From: Spongospora subterranea f. sp. subterranea
Taxonomy: Eukaryota
DNA length: 64,000 nucleotides
Direction of reading: 5' to 3'
Assembly (NCBI GenBank): GCA_049724395.1
Contig: JAUGWO010000122.1
Span: 62,001 to 126,000, forward strand
The notes beneath the pieces are model-generated. The model worked only from the letters and a program-made list of their open reading frames with translations, ran no database searches and was not told the origin of the DNA. Both the position numbers and the translations under genes were made by a program. Of this stretch, positions 13,469 to 24,810 are shown piece after piece (the stretch's first letter is position 1; every line of letters begins with the position of its first letter).

Positions 13469-16400
13469 ATGACGACAGAGGCGCCCTCTGATGACGCCGG
13501 GACTCAGCACATATCAGCAAAGAAATTGGACGAGAATGTTACATCCTATGGCAATGAGCAGTATCGGCACTTTTCAAGAGTTTTAAACCGAGATATATCT
13601 CTGTATAAGAAGTTAGTGATCAGGCTTGATGGTTCGATAATCGAAAGCTATATCGAGATTCTATTAGCTGTAGGTTTTGTTTATCCGTTTGTAAATCTTT
13701 GCCAATATGCATACAGTGTGCTGGTTTACTCAGCACCATATTATTCATTATCGGGTCATACCCTGACGCCGCTCCTGAGAATCTCCCAGCTGTTGAGCTT
13801 TGGTTGGCAATCTTCTTTGCTGCTGACTTCTTCATCCGACTCCTTTTCAAAGGAAGCTCTTTATTTGAAGACAACAGAGGGATTTGTAGATTTGTTATCG
13901 GTTATTCCTCTGCTATCAAGTGCCGGGGAAATCAACATCGATCCTTTGGTTAGATTAGCACGTGCGAATGTTGCTGCATTTCGACTGCTCAAGACGGTGA
14001 AGATTTTGAAAATCTTTCGAATTGTGAGAATAGTAAGAGTGTATCGGCTGATTTTATTAATGAAGGATAGCGTTCGTCAACAAGTGCTTATTCATGTAAT
14101 AATTGGAGCGACAGTAATGGTCGCCGCTGGTGGATTATTCCAGATTATTGAGCAATCACGGAGCGACGATAATATTTCATTTCATGATAGCTGCTAGTAA
14201 GTCATGGTACAAGTATGTCCAAGGTTTTCTTTGTTAACCCATAGTCTTTAGTTTTGCTGTTGGAACAATAACATTCCTTGGATTTGGTGACGTAAGTTTT
14301 TCAATCATTTTGAATCATGCCGAAGTTTCTTGATTTGTTGTGTTCCGCTCTACAGATTGTACCCATGACTGTATTAGGTCAGTTTATGGTTGTGGTAATT
14401 GCGTTTGCGTCATGGTATCTAGTACCAATTCATACCATGCGGATGGTTCGTCTTTCACAAAGTATCGGATCTTGCGTATCACATTTTGTGCCCGGGTCCC
14501 AGCCAAGAAATCATATAATACTGGTTCTGATATCAACGTGCGCTGTGGAAGAAATTGACGAATTCTTTCAAGAATTTTTCCATGCTTGCCATGGGTATCC
14601 GAGATATCGCGTCGCGATCCTTGGGGCTAAACTAGCGCTGGAAGCTTTGGCAACTCAGTTACGGAGGAAGGCGTATGCACACCAAGTCGATTTCGTAGCT
14701 GGATCTGTATTTGATGACCATGATCTGCAGCGATGCTGTTTGGATCTATCAGCTGCCGTGTTCACCATGTCGCGGCGTGCTTGTGAATCACAACAACACG
14801 AATCAGATGATGATAATAATACGTTGCTAGCTGGCATTTCCATCAAGAACGTTTGCCCAAATGTTCCTTTGTATCTGCAAGTCAACCGGCCATCAATTCG
14901 TCAGCACGTCTTATGGAAAACAATTAATCGGTTCCCGAACCTGCAGTTAATCTGTATCAGGCAACTGTCGTCTGCGCTGTTAGCTCGCAGTTGCTCGTGT
15001 CCTGGTATGCATGTTGTTGTGGGCAATATGCTTCAATCCCATGAAACGGGTTTTATTCCAGGATCAATATCGACATGGACAGATGAATGTAAGGAATATC
15101 CCCGCATCTAATCTCGTAATAACCATCGTCTGCTGGATAGATAACTGGGGGGCTGGGCATTCTCTATTTCCCAGCGTGTTTGGGTCATATTTTGATGGGA
15201 TTGCATTCAAAGATTGCATTGCACAACTGTATGGGGACGTCGATGTGCTTCCAATCGCAATGCCATTCCCATCCTCGAACGATGGCGGATTCACTGTGAT
15301 TCTTAATCCCATCAACCACGTAATCAAGACAGGAGATTTAGTGTATGTTCTTGCTCAGACTTTAGAAAAAGCCACCTCCATCACTAGTTATCGCCCTTCT
15401 GAACCTTTGTCCTCGTCGCCATCAGTCCCTTCTGTATTACACCAGGCCAAGAATTCACTGCATCGTCGTCGTGAATCTGATCGCATGCAAGCCACAGCCC
15501 TTCAGAAACCGGACAATATCCAGCCTGTATTTCAAATGAATGTTTGCTCTCCTGACGGGTTATCAATGCCGACGATATCGGCGGCAGCTGATTCTGACAG
15601 GCGAAGTGCTCCTACCCCTGTGCCCAGGGTATTATTCAATAACCATATTGTATTAGCCGGCTGTATGGATCTTCACCTTCGGGAGTTTATTTCTGCTCTT
15701 CGTAGCCAGGTAATGATAGAAAACAGCGTATGAGAGGTCATGATGAAGTTTTTTGTTGGTCAGGTTCATACCAGAACAACGCCTGTGGTTGTGGTTGTGA
15801 CTGAAGACCGAATCCGTGATGAAACACAATCGTTATCGTGCTTTGATCAAGTTCACCTACTTGTAGGAGATTTACTGGATGACAAGTTTTTGAACAACAT
15901 CAATTTGAGAGGAGCTAGTCATACAATTCTCTTCTCTAAAGTACAATATCCTAACCTGCTCAGGTTACCAGTTCCTCACAAAGAAAACATCCCTAGCAGC
16001 GACATACAATTGATAATATCGTTGATCGCAATTGAAACCTTTTTGACGAAAGGGCGGCAGATAGCAACTTCGAACTGTATATCCGAATTACAGTTCAAGA
16101 GTAATTTGATGTTCCTGCGTCCAAAATTCTACAATATTAAGCATTTGTCCACTTCCACTAACACAAGCTTCGATCCTGATGCAGCCGATGCAAAAGGTAA
16201 GATAAACCGTTTTTTTAAGTTTATTTGATTCAAAGAGTGCATACAGTCCATTTTGCTGGAGCACCTCGGCCAATGGCAGCATTAAGCTTCCACTATCCGC
16301 AAGTTTTCAATGTTGTAAGATCCTTGTTAACAGATAGCAAAATTATGTCAGATCAAGACAGCGAGTTACGGATGCAATTAAATCTGGTGAAAGTACCGCC

Positions 16401-16830
16401 ACAGTTTTATGGTGTAGCATATCCTCACTTAATGCAATGGTTCATTGCTGAGTATGGGTTTCTATGCATTGGGATATTCCGAAGCAAACATCAGCGCTCG
16501 GCTCCTATTCCGTATATATATACTTGTCCTCGTGCCTCCACCATCGTTGGCAAAGATGACCATGCTTTTGTTTTTGCTCCTGTATCTCAATCGAGACCCG
16601 GTTACGTCAGATCGGTCAGTAAGGAATCGATGGACATGAAAGTGGTCACATCTTTATACAATTCCAACAATGCCAACCTTAGCAGCTGCTTGCAAAATTA
16701 CAATCTATCGGAAGAAGCGGGTAAAGTTCAGCGTCATACATCACTGAACGATGTGAAAAAAAAATTTCAAAAGCAAGGTCGATCTAGGTCGGTGACTCTA
16801 AAAGGAGTAGCACGAATTTCTTCACATTGA
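13469..16830 (+). CDS. BK/Slo-like (RCK-domain) potassium channel, multi-exon, with one apparent frameshift at ~13847
   Basis: S4 FRLLKTVKILKIFRIVRIVRVYRL; pore FHDSCYFAVGTITFLGFGD-IVP; RCK1 NHIILV...EFFQEFFH...GSVFDDHDLQR; RCK2 NNHIVLAG; C-terminal YGFLCIGIFRS...PYIYTCP. Confidence 0.88.
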
Positions 16831-16937
16831 CATGTTGAGGTACCACTCACTAATTAGAGTTTCTGGTTCATATTAAACATGCTACACCCATATTCCACCA
16901 CACATACTTCGATATCGGCCGCACGCAGCATTTGTCG

Positions 16938-17642
16938 TTATAGATGTTGTAGACAGTCGTAGCTTCTGATGATGATTGTCTGATACATTTGTTGAGCCAC
17001 TTGATGTGTTTTCAAGCCCAATATAGGAATTGCCTCTGCCATGTTGAGGTCAACCCACTCAAGATTTTGCACCTTGTTTCCTGGCGCATCGTCGCTTGAG
17101 GATGTCGTTATAACAGGACGAAAAACGACCTAACACAATTCGCCCAATCTGAAAAAACATTTAATCATGAAATTCATGCCAAACAGGCGCTCAGGACATG
17201 TTACGTACTACTCCTATCAGATTAACGAAGAAGACGAACTGTTATCGAATAAGGATAGCGGGGGCGCTTTTTGTCGGGAACGATAGACTCGATGTGACGT
17301 GTCTTTAATTCCGTTGATTGTATTTAGACGACAATCATGCACCTGGTTCACCATCTTATATAGCAGCGGCGATAATCTGCCAGCCAAGCTAGGGTTCATC
17401 CAACCGATTCTATAACAACATCTACTTCGGACTCGAACATGTTGAGTATCACATTGGAGAACGGTGGAATGAACTATTCTGTTTCGCGTTTCCCTGAAGA
17501 GGAATTCGTGATATTTTGGGTACAGATTATGATATCCGCCTCGTTGGCCACCATCAAACCAGAGCGTCGGCATCAGTTTGATCCAGATGGTCAGCGTACT
17601 TATGATGACAAGGAGTTGCAAATTGTGCTCAATGGTCGTCAA
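16938..17642 (-). CDS. 3' part of a hypothetical spliced gene (5' end unresolved)
   Basis: ORF 17217-17642 plus an open terminal segment VVFRPVITT...SYDCLQHL* ending at ~16938; no motif recognised. Confidence 0.3.
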
Positions 17643-18620
17643 TAATCAAACCTAGGGCTAGGATTTTTCGATGCGCAATACGTGTGGCGGCGTCACACGA
17701 TTGATGGGTGTATCTGCATCTGAGCGATATTGATGAGTTAAATTGGACGCTTCAGGAATTGCCTAACAATGTGCGATCGCTGCCACATCCCGTTATGATA
17801 TACTCTATTAATTTCAGTTGTTGCCATCAATGTCTAAAATATTAATAACACGATTATGGGAGACATAACGCCAGGATTTACAACATTCATTGTGAGACAG
17901 CAACAAAATCGACGCAGATTCGGTACGTGGGGGCTGTGGACAACTAACCTCAATGGTCACTTGTGTTATCATGAAGACCAAACACTGGAACATGAACCCG
18001 CCCCGGTCCAAGCAGTTTGCCGATGCAATCATACAAGTGATGTGAAATTGTCGCAAAGATAACTATACCCCGCCCCACTGAAACGGAGATACGGTCCAGA
18101 TTTCGCAGCAGATAAAAACTAAACATGAACGGAAAGGGAGGAATGCTTTAGCCGGAGCAAAGCTGGATCTGACAGAGGGTTAGGAGTGTGAGCTACGCTC
18201 CGTTCACGAACGATAATTTTCAAAGAGCGTAAATATTGACAAGGATAATAAAATTTCAAAGAAAGTACTCGACGACCTATCCACGGTCTCGTCGGTGCAC
18301 CTTGCAAAGGAATCATGGAACAATCCCCACCACTGATCAGCATCCCTCTAACCTTCTAGAATTGCATCTTTAACCATTCCAGACATGTGCAAAACCATCA
18401 ACAATTGTCTTCTCAATGATCCAGCGTACACTGATAGCTGCCAGACTTGTCGGGAATTACCGTTCTGGAACCAATTGTGCAATTTCGAGAACCTTCAAGA
18501 ACAGCGCTCCAGTGCATCGAGGTGGTTCGGGACACACCTGAAAGTCAATTTGAGAAAATCCTGCTGAAAGCGATCTCGTCATTCTGATTTTGGCAACGAA
18601 AGCTTAATTTTTCAACCTGA

Positions 18621-20051
18621 ATGGCGCCTTTTTTACGAATCCCTTTCCTGTTGATGGCTACGGTCGCCACGATGGCGTCCGCCGCTGTCACGATCACGGC
18701 CGATATCGACACCTGCTTCATGGTTGGCAATGCGATCCGAGCCCAGTTCGCGATCGAGGGACTGGATATCCCGGAGCCTGGCGACGTATTTGTGGCCACA
18801 ATTCAGTCCATCAATAAGGATACGAAGGCGCCCATCGTCGCCGTTCCCCAGCAGATATTCAACGGTGCCGCAGCACAAGGCAACCCACCCAGCTTGATCG
18901 TTGGCACGCAGAGGTTAGTGGAAAACTTGACTCAAGTTTCTCATATTGTATTAGCTCAATTCACAATGAGTTGTTGGAAACCAGACCAGGGATTGACGTC
19001 ATTTTAGTTAAATTTTGAAAATGCCCAATGTCGTGAGTTGTTTGATACATGCTTCAGCGCCGAGATCAATCGTGTCGCCGGATTTATCGATTTCGATCTC
19101 GGCAATGTTGCCAATCAAGGCCTAACCTGTAACGGCGGCAAGATGAACGCCGACTTTATCCCGATCAGCTACGTTCAGAATAAGACACCGGTCACCGTGA
19201 CCAACGCCGGACCCGTTAATGGCGCTGGTGCGGCTGGTGGTACGGTGGCCGCCATTCCATTGTGCACCAATGCTCTGAAACAGGCTACGACAGCGCAAAC
19301 CTCCGCTACGACAGCGGCGCGAACTCCCGCTACGACAGCGGCGCGAACCCTCGCTACGACAGCGGCGACGGTCGCCGTCGGATGCCCCGCCACTGTCGTA
19401 CAGAACGCCGCTACGACTGCTCCCATTGCAGCCAGCGCCGCTGCAACAAAAGCGACGAGCGCGGCTGCAGGAGGAGTTGTCGGCGGTGGCGCTGTCAACA
19501 CTAACCCCAATCCGGTCACGGTAACGTATGACGGCAGTTGTAACGGGAACTCCATGCAGTTGACTGTGAAAGCGGCGGCCGGAGGTAACGCGTTTAAGCC
19601 AGATGCGGCCAACCCAGGAGGCGGTGTTCCATGTGATGAGTACTTCGAGCTATCGTTCTCGTTTGTCGACAAGGTCACCGGCGCCGCCGTCGTGTTTCCA
19701 GTCGCCGCCAACAGCTTCTTCAACGCCAAGTCGCTCACGAGCGATGCTGCCGGAAACATCTTCGCTCAATTCTCGCCCGAGATCGACGGTTTCGGCTCTG
19801 GGTTTTTACCTTTGGGCGGATCGCTCACCTGCGTTGGTGGTACCCCCAATTTCAAGATCCGCACGAATTACCTGCTGACGGCGTTGAACGACGGGACGTA
19901 CACGCGCAACTTGAATGCGGTGACGGACGCCGGCACGTTCGGCTCAGGACAGGCGACCAAGGTGCCGGCGAACGCTGCCGATTTGGAGCTGGGCCAGGCA
20001 CAATGCAACATTGGGGCCAACAAGTTCATCACGTTTCCGTTTCCTGCCTGA
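18621..20051 (+). CDS. Secreted protein with two related domains joined by a Thr/Ala-rich linker; one intron (~18914-19057)
   Basis: Signal peptide MAPFLRIPFLLMATVATMASA; the GT-AG intron joins the two ORFs in frame; GC-rich codon usage; TTAAR repeats at ~19283-19370. Confidence 0.8.
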
Positions 20052-20700
20052 ATTATGATATCTTTATAAAACAGGCACCATTTGGGATGGGTTGAAACAT
20101 GGGATGGTTGGCGACAGCCGAGATATAACACACAAGATGGTAAACCAAAATATTGGATGACTCGTACAAGGTTTGACAGTACTCATGGCAGGGTCGCCCC
20201 TCGGCCAGAGAGTCAATCAATGGCCACAGCTCCGTTATCACGGAAGCCGGTTTCCAAACGATTATATGTTGTATCTTTGACAAAGAAGCTGCTGCTTTGA
20301 AATCCAAGCGCGATTCCGCTGAATTGTCAAAAGCAAGATACGTGAAATAGTCGTGAATTCATCTTTAAAGACCTAGACACGCTGCTAACAAGCACTGGTG
20401 CCACCGCCCATTCAGGTCTTCCAAGCTGGAATGAGAATCACCCAGCTGCAATTGATTTGTAATTCTCCTTGCGCGTTTGCCTTTTTGTTTTGACGCGATT
20501 GGTTACGGGGCCCTGGACGGGTGGCTGTTTGGAAGTGGAGTTACCTCTTGGTTTGGTCTTTTTTCTGGTAGTCGCAGAAATTAATTTTCTGATCGTGGCT
20601 TCCAGAATGCATGATCTATTCGAGAACCTGTTGGCTCTATTCGATTTATCACTTATTAGAAGCCGATTAACATTAATCCATATCTACCAAGCTTTAGCCT

Positions 20701-21409
20701 TGACGGCCGGGCAGCTGCTTACCAAAGAAGCGGCGTATACCGCTCTAGCTCTACATATTACTTCTATGCTGCGGTATGATACCGATCCCAAAAAATCTGG
20801 GACGAAGGCGATTGCCAAGTCCAGATACAACTCGTATATAAAAAATTTAAAGACACCGAAAAAAAGTGTTACCAAACGGGAATCGGTTTAGATGAAAACG
20901 ACGCTCTTAAAGGCGTCACAACGATTGCTGAGAAGTTGGAAACATTGTGTCCGTTTTTCTCCCGTCTGGACTTGTTGTTTGGACATCGTCAGACAGTGAC
21001 TCCCAGTGTTATTATGTCTGTTGGTGCAAATGTTTTTTGTAGACGGAAACGATTCGCAAGGCAATACGCCTGCCCATTCCTATGGCTCTGACGATGACCT
21101 CAATTACGATTCTGATGATGTTCCCATCAGCAGCGTTGGTGCGGTCTCCGTCGTTGACGACCTGAACGTTTCAAATGAAAATTCAGGGTTACCCAGTTCT
21201 GAATCAAGTGACGAGGATTGGGAGCTGCGGCATCATTCCATTCCCAATTCAAAGAACATGTACAGTACGTCCAAAAAAAAAAAAGGAAAACCAATCCCGG
21301 CGCAGCCATCCCGTTCACCAGTCCAAAACGTGTTTCGGTGAAACCGGTTCATAAATCATTTGCCATGGCTTACTTGGAATCCCAAGAGCAGCAGATCGAC
21401 TTTTTTTAG
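20701..21409 (+). pseudogene. Decayed Myb/SANT-like DNA-binding ORF (PIF/Harbinger-associated type), copy 1
   Basis: AKSRYNSYIK...TGIGLDENDALKGVTTIAEKLETLCPFFSRLDLLFGHRQTVTP with frameshifts, 5'-truncated; family assignment is from motif recall. Confidence 0.6.
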
Positions 21410-21921
21410 GACGTATGTTCTTTGAATTGGGAATGGAATGATGGCGCAGTTCCCGATTCTCGTCACTTGATTCAGAACTTGGAACACTAGGAGTCACAGT
21501 TTGACGATGTCCAAACAGCAAGTCCAGACGGGAGAAAAACGGACACAATGTTTCCAACTTCTCAGCAATCGTTGTGACGCCTCTAAGAGCGTCGTTTTCA
21601 TCTAAACCAAATCCCGTTTGGCAACACTTTTTCTTGGTGACCTTAAATTTTTTGATATACGAGTTGTATCTGGACTTGGCAATCGCCTTCGTCCCAAGAT
21701 TTTTTGGGATCGGTATCATACCGCAGCATAGAATTAATATATAGAGCTAGAGCGGTATACGCCGCTTCTTTGGTAAGCAGCTGCCAGGCCGTCACCGGTT
21801 TTCCATGCGCTGCAGAACCTGTAATCAGCTTCAAGTTCTCATGTATTTTCAAGAACGCTACCATCTGGGAAAACTCAGCCTTGGTTGTTCGGCGCTTGGG
21901 GAGCGAAATCTTGGCCGCCAT
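21400..21921 (-). pseudogene. Decayed Myb/SANT-like ORF, copy 2 (inverted relative to copy 1)
   Basis: MAAKISLPKRRTTKAEFSQMVAFLKIHENLKLITGSAA...; reverse complement aligns with 20701-21010 and 21192-21280. Confidence 0.6.
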
Positions 21922-21987
21922 GACGACAATTCTCGATCGAAGCAACCAGCAACCGGACACAAAGAGTGCGGGAAAATCAAAATCAAC

Positions 21988-22017
21988 TTTACAACCACCT
22001 CGAGAGGTGGTTGTAAA
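21988..22017. repeat. Perfect 14-bp inverted repeat with 2-nt spacer (possible joined transposon TIRs)
   Basis: TTTACAACCACCTC-GA-GAGGTGGTTGTAAA. Confidence 0.85.
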
Positions 22018-22090
22018 TTTAAAATCATGGGTTTCCCGGAAAAAAACTTTAAAATCATCTCCGTGACCAACTTTGATACCCCCTATTGCC

Positions 22091-22427
22091 GTAACATGGC
22101 GCAATAAAAAAAACAAAATTTCAGCACGTTGCGGAGGAAGGAGCTGATGAGCAAATTTCACACAACATCGCCGATTTTAACTCTGGCGAAAGCGACAACG
22201 ATTACTCGTTTTCCGCTGGTGATGATTATTTTACCGTTGTTGTTGCTGACCAAGACAAATGGTTGACTTTGGGCTCCAGGAGCTGAGAAGACTCTGGCCA
22301 AACGGTCATTTGATATTGAATATCGCTTTCGTCAGAGTTGGCATCGGCGATGTTGTGTGAATGTTGCTCATCATCTGCTTCCCCCGCAACGTCCTGAAAT
22401 TTTGTTTTTGATTGCGCCATGTTACGA
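22091..22427. repeat. Inverted repeat, ~105-bp diverged arms (22091-22197 / 22322-22427)
   Basis: CGTAACATGGCGCAAT...TCACACAACATCGCCGAT...GAAAGCGA present on both strands. Confidence 0.9.
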
Positions 22428-23132
22428 CAATGCCTGACTATATTAGTTATTCTGGGCATACTAGAGTAAATATCTGTTATAAAGGTAGATCGTCATGCAC
22501 ACACCAGCTGACAGTGATGCAGTTAGTATAGCATCTAATGACTCGCTGTGGGAAATTGCATCATCCACATTAGTATCTTGGGTGATGAGTACTTTTCTAA
22601 CGCGCGCCGCGAGCGATTTTACCACTGCGTCGTCTTCAACTGCAGAAGTGGAAACAATTTTATTCGACTCAAAATAGTGCTTTATCTAATCAATACAGAA
22701 ATGTGTTTTGATTCCTGGAATATCGCCAGATAAGGTTGTGGTCAGGCCAATTGTGTGCGGTTCTCTATTGGTATATGGAGATATGGGGTATTCTCAGTCT
22801 AATCCTATTTTGAGATTGTGTGTTTGCCTCTTTTTCTTTCATTCATGGAATCTAATAGTGGTCAAAAATAGATGATTGAAAACACGGTGATCTCCCTATA
22901 TCTATCCCTTCCGTTAATGTCCCAGCTGGGTTTCTTGACGATAAACAGTCCCGCTAGTTACTCGTTGTAATGGAAACAACACAATAATTGATCATGCTCT
23001 CAGATGCTCCATTTTGTCTTCATTGTCCAGATCTGTCCTGACCTCGTGTGTGATGAATATTTAAATCCCTCGCCTTGACATTTGGCACAAATGTCTACAA
23101 TGTAATCTTCAGTCCTTCTGCTAATATCCATC

Positions 23133-23313
23133 GCATATCCCGCATCTGCCACGATGTGAAAGTAGGACACATGTCGATTGCATATCCCGCATTTGCGACG
23201 ATGTGAAAGTAGGACACATGTCGATTGCATATCCCGCATTTGCGACGATGTGAAAGTAGGACACACGTCGATTGCATATCCCGCATCTGCGACGATGTGA
23301 AAGTAGGACACAT
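23133..23313. repeat. 47-bp tandem repeat, ~3.8 copies
   Basis: GCATATCCCGCATYTGCGACGATGTGAAAGTAGGACACATGTCGATT at 23133, 23180, 23227 and 23274. Confidence 0.95.
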
Positions 23314-23676
23314 GATTGCGAGCGTGACTTCAGAATTCAGAGCAGCCGAAGCTGGACTTCAAACATTTGCTAATCCTGGGCGCATGCCTGGCGATCGAAC
23401 TCTGGCCTCTTGGTCAGCGACAAGTTGAATAGAGTCAGGTTCAAGTACTCCATGGTCATAATAAAACTACTGTCGTGGCAATAGTCATTTGTGCAGCCGC
23501 TTTCGGCAAGTCATGCGGGGCGGTTGGTCGGCTGTCGCAATGTAGCATCGTCCTGTTACGCCCTCTCTCGTCAACTGGTTGCGCATCCATATGTACAGTA
23601 GGCCCGCCGCACAAGAACAAGGACACATACAGTACACCTTCGCCAATTCGCTTAAATCAATACTCTCGACGACCCA

Positions 23677-24641
23677 ATGCTGGAAGTTATTAGAGCTTGT
23701 TGGGCGTTAACGTTCCTGTCCTTTTTTGTTGCTGTGTCTGGAACTGGGGGAGGATTCCATTACGTGGACTCTTGTTGTTGAACCTAAATCTGAAGGTCGC
23801 TCTATTCTCTATGCACAAATCTGTGTTTTCTTTATGACTTTCTAGCCCAATCGCATATAGTCGCTGATTCACTAATTAGATTGTGTCTATGAACATTACG
23901 AGGCTGGACATGATTTCGAAATGAAGTACGAAGTGAACAGAGGAGGATTGCTAGACGTCAGGGTTGTAATTAATGGTCCTCAGAATACACTATATGATAA
24001 GGTATATGTCAGGTGCCATTGTATCAACACAATTGTCACCGATTTGGTCTAGATGGAGTTTTTTAACCGTGCAGATGCCGCAAATAATGATAAACTCGGT
24101 CTAGTCAAGATCAAGATCCCCGTTAGTGGGGTCCATTCTATCTGCATCGACAACATTATGTCTCGGTACACGCCAAAAACTTACACGTAATATATCGGTT
24201 ATCGCCTTTTGCAAAGATTGAATTGTTGCAGGCTTTCCATCAAAGGTGAATCTAACATCAAATCGACTTTGGAAAATGCGAAGCTCGAGCATCTGGGTCC
24301 CGTTGTCGACAGTGTTATCAAGGTTAAAACAATTTATTTGGTTTGTTTGCTGGCTGATCATCATAATATTTGGCCTAGGTTTCTGAAGATATGGACGGTA
24401 TTGTACGACAGCAACACGCTCTCAGAGTTCGCGAACAAATTCATCGCGATAGTACGGTCCACCTTTCACTAAAAGTTCTGCAGCAATTTAATTTCATGAA
24501 ATTTTAGCTCAAGAAAACACCAATTACCGTGTGCAGCTGCTCGCCATTATTGAAGCGTTATCGTTTGTTTCCCTCAATGTTCTTCAAATTTACTTCATCC
24601 GGTCCTGGTTTGCTGACGCCGGAACCCGCCGACGAGTCTGA
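23677..24641 (+). CDS. Second p24/TMED GOLD-domain protein, multi-exon, with an apparent 1-nt frameshift in a G5 run (~23746-23750)
   Basis: Signal peptide; ITWTLVVEPKSE-DCVYEHYEAGHDFEMKYEVNRGGLLDV; C-terminus ENTNYRV...QIYFIRSWFADAGTRRRV*. Confidence 0.85.
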
Positions 24642-24810
24642 TTCCAAACCGACTTTTAACACTGTTTTTCCAAATACATCAACCCACTTTTCACATCTGT
24701 ATTGATGGCTCTCCACTGACTGTGCGATCTTTATCCGCGAGATCAACGGATTTTTCAGGGCGACCTCGTTAGCAGAACAACCACTCCGTACATAAATTCG
24801 CAGTGACATA

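Noticed and set aside
19175..19759. 194-aa antisense ORF
   Set aside because: Shadow of the GC-rich secreted-protein gene on the + strand
23370..23425. tRNA-like GTTCGATC on the minus strand
   Set aside because: The T-stem does not pair and there is no cloverleaf
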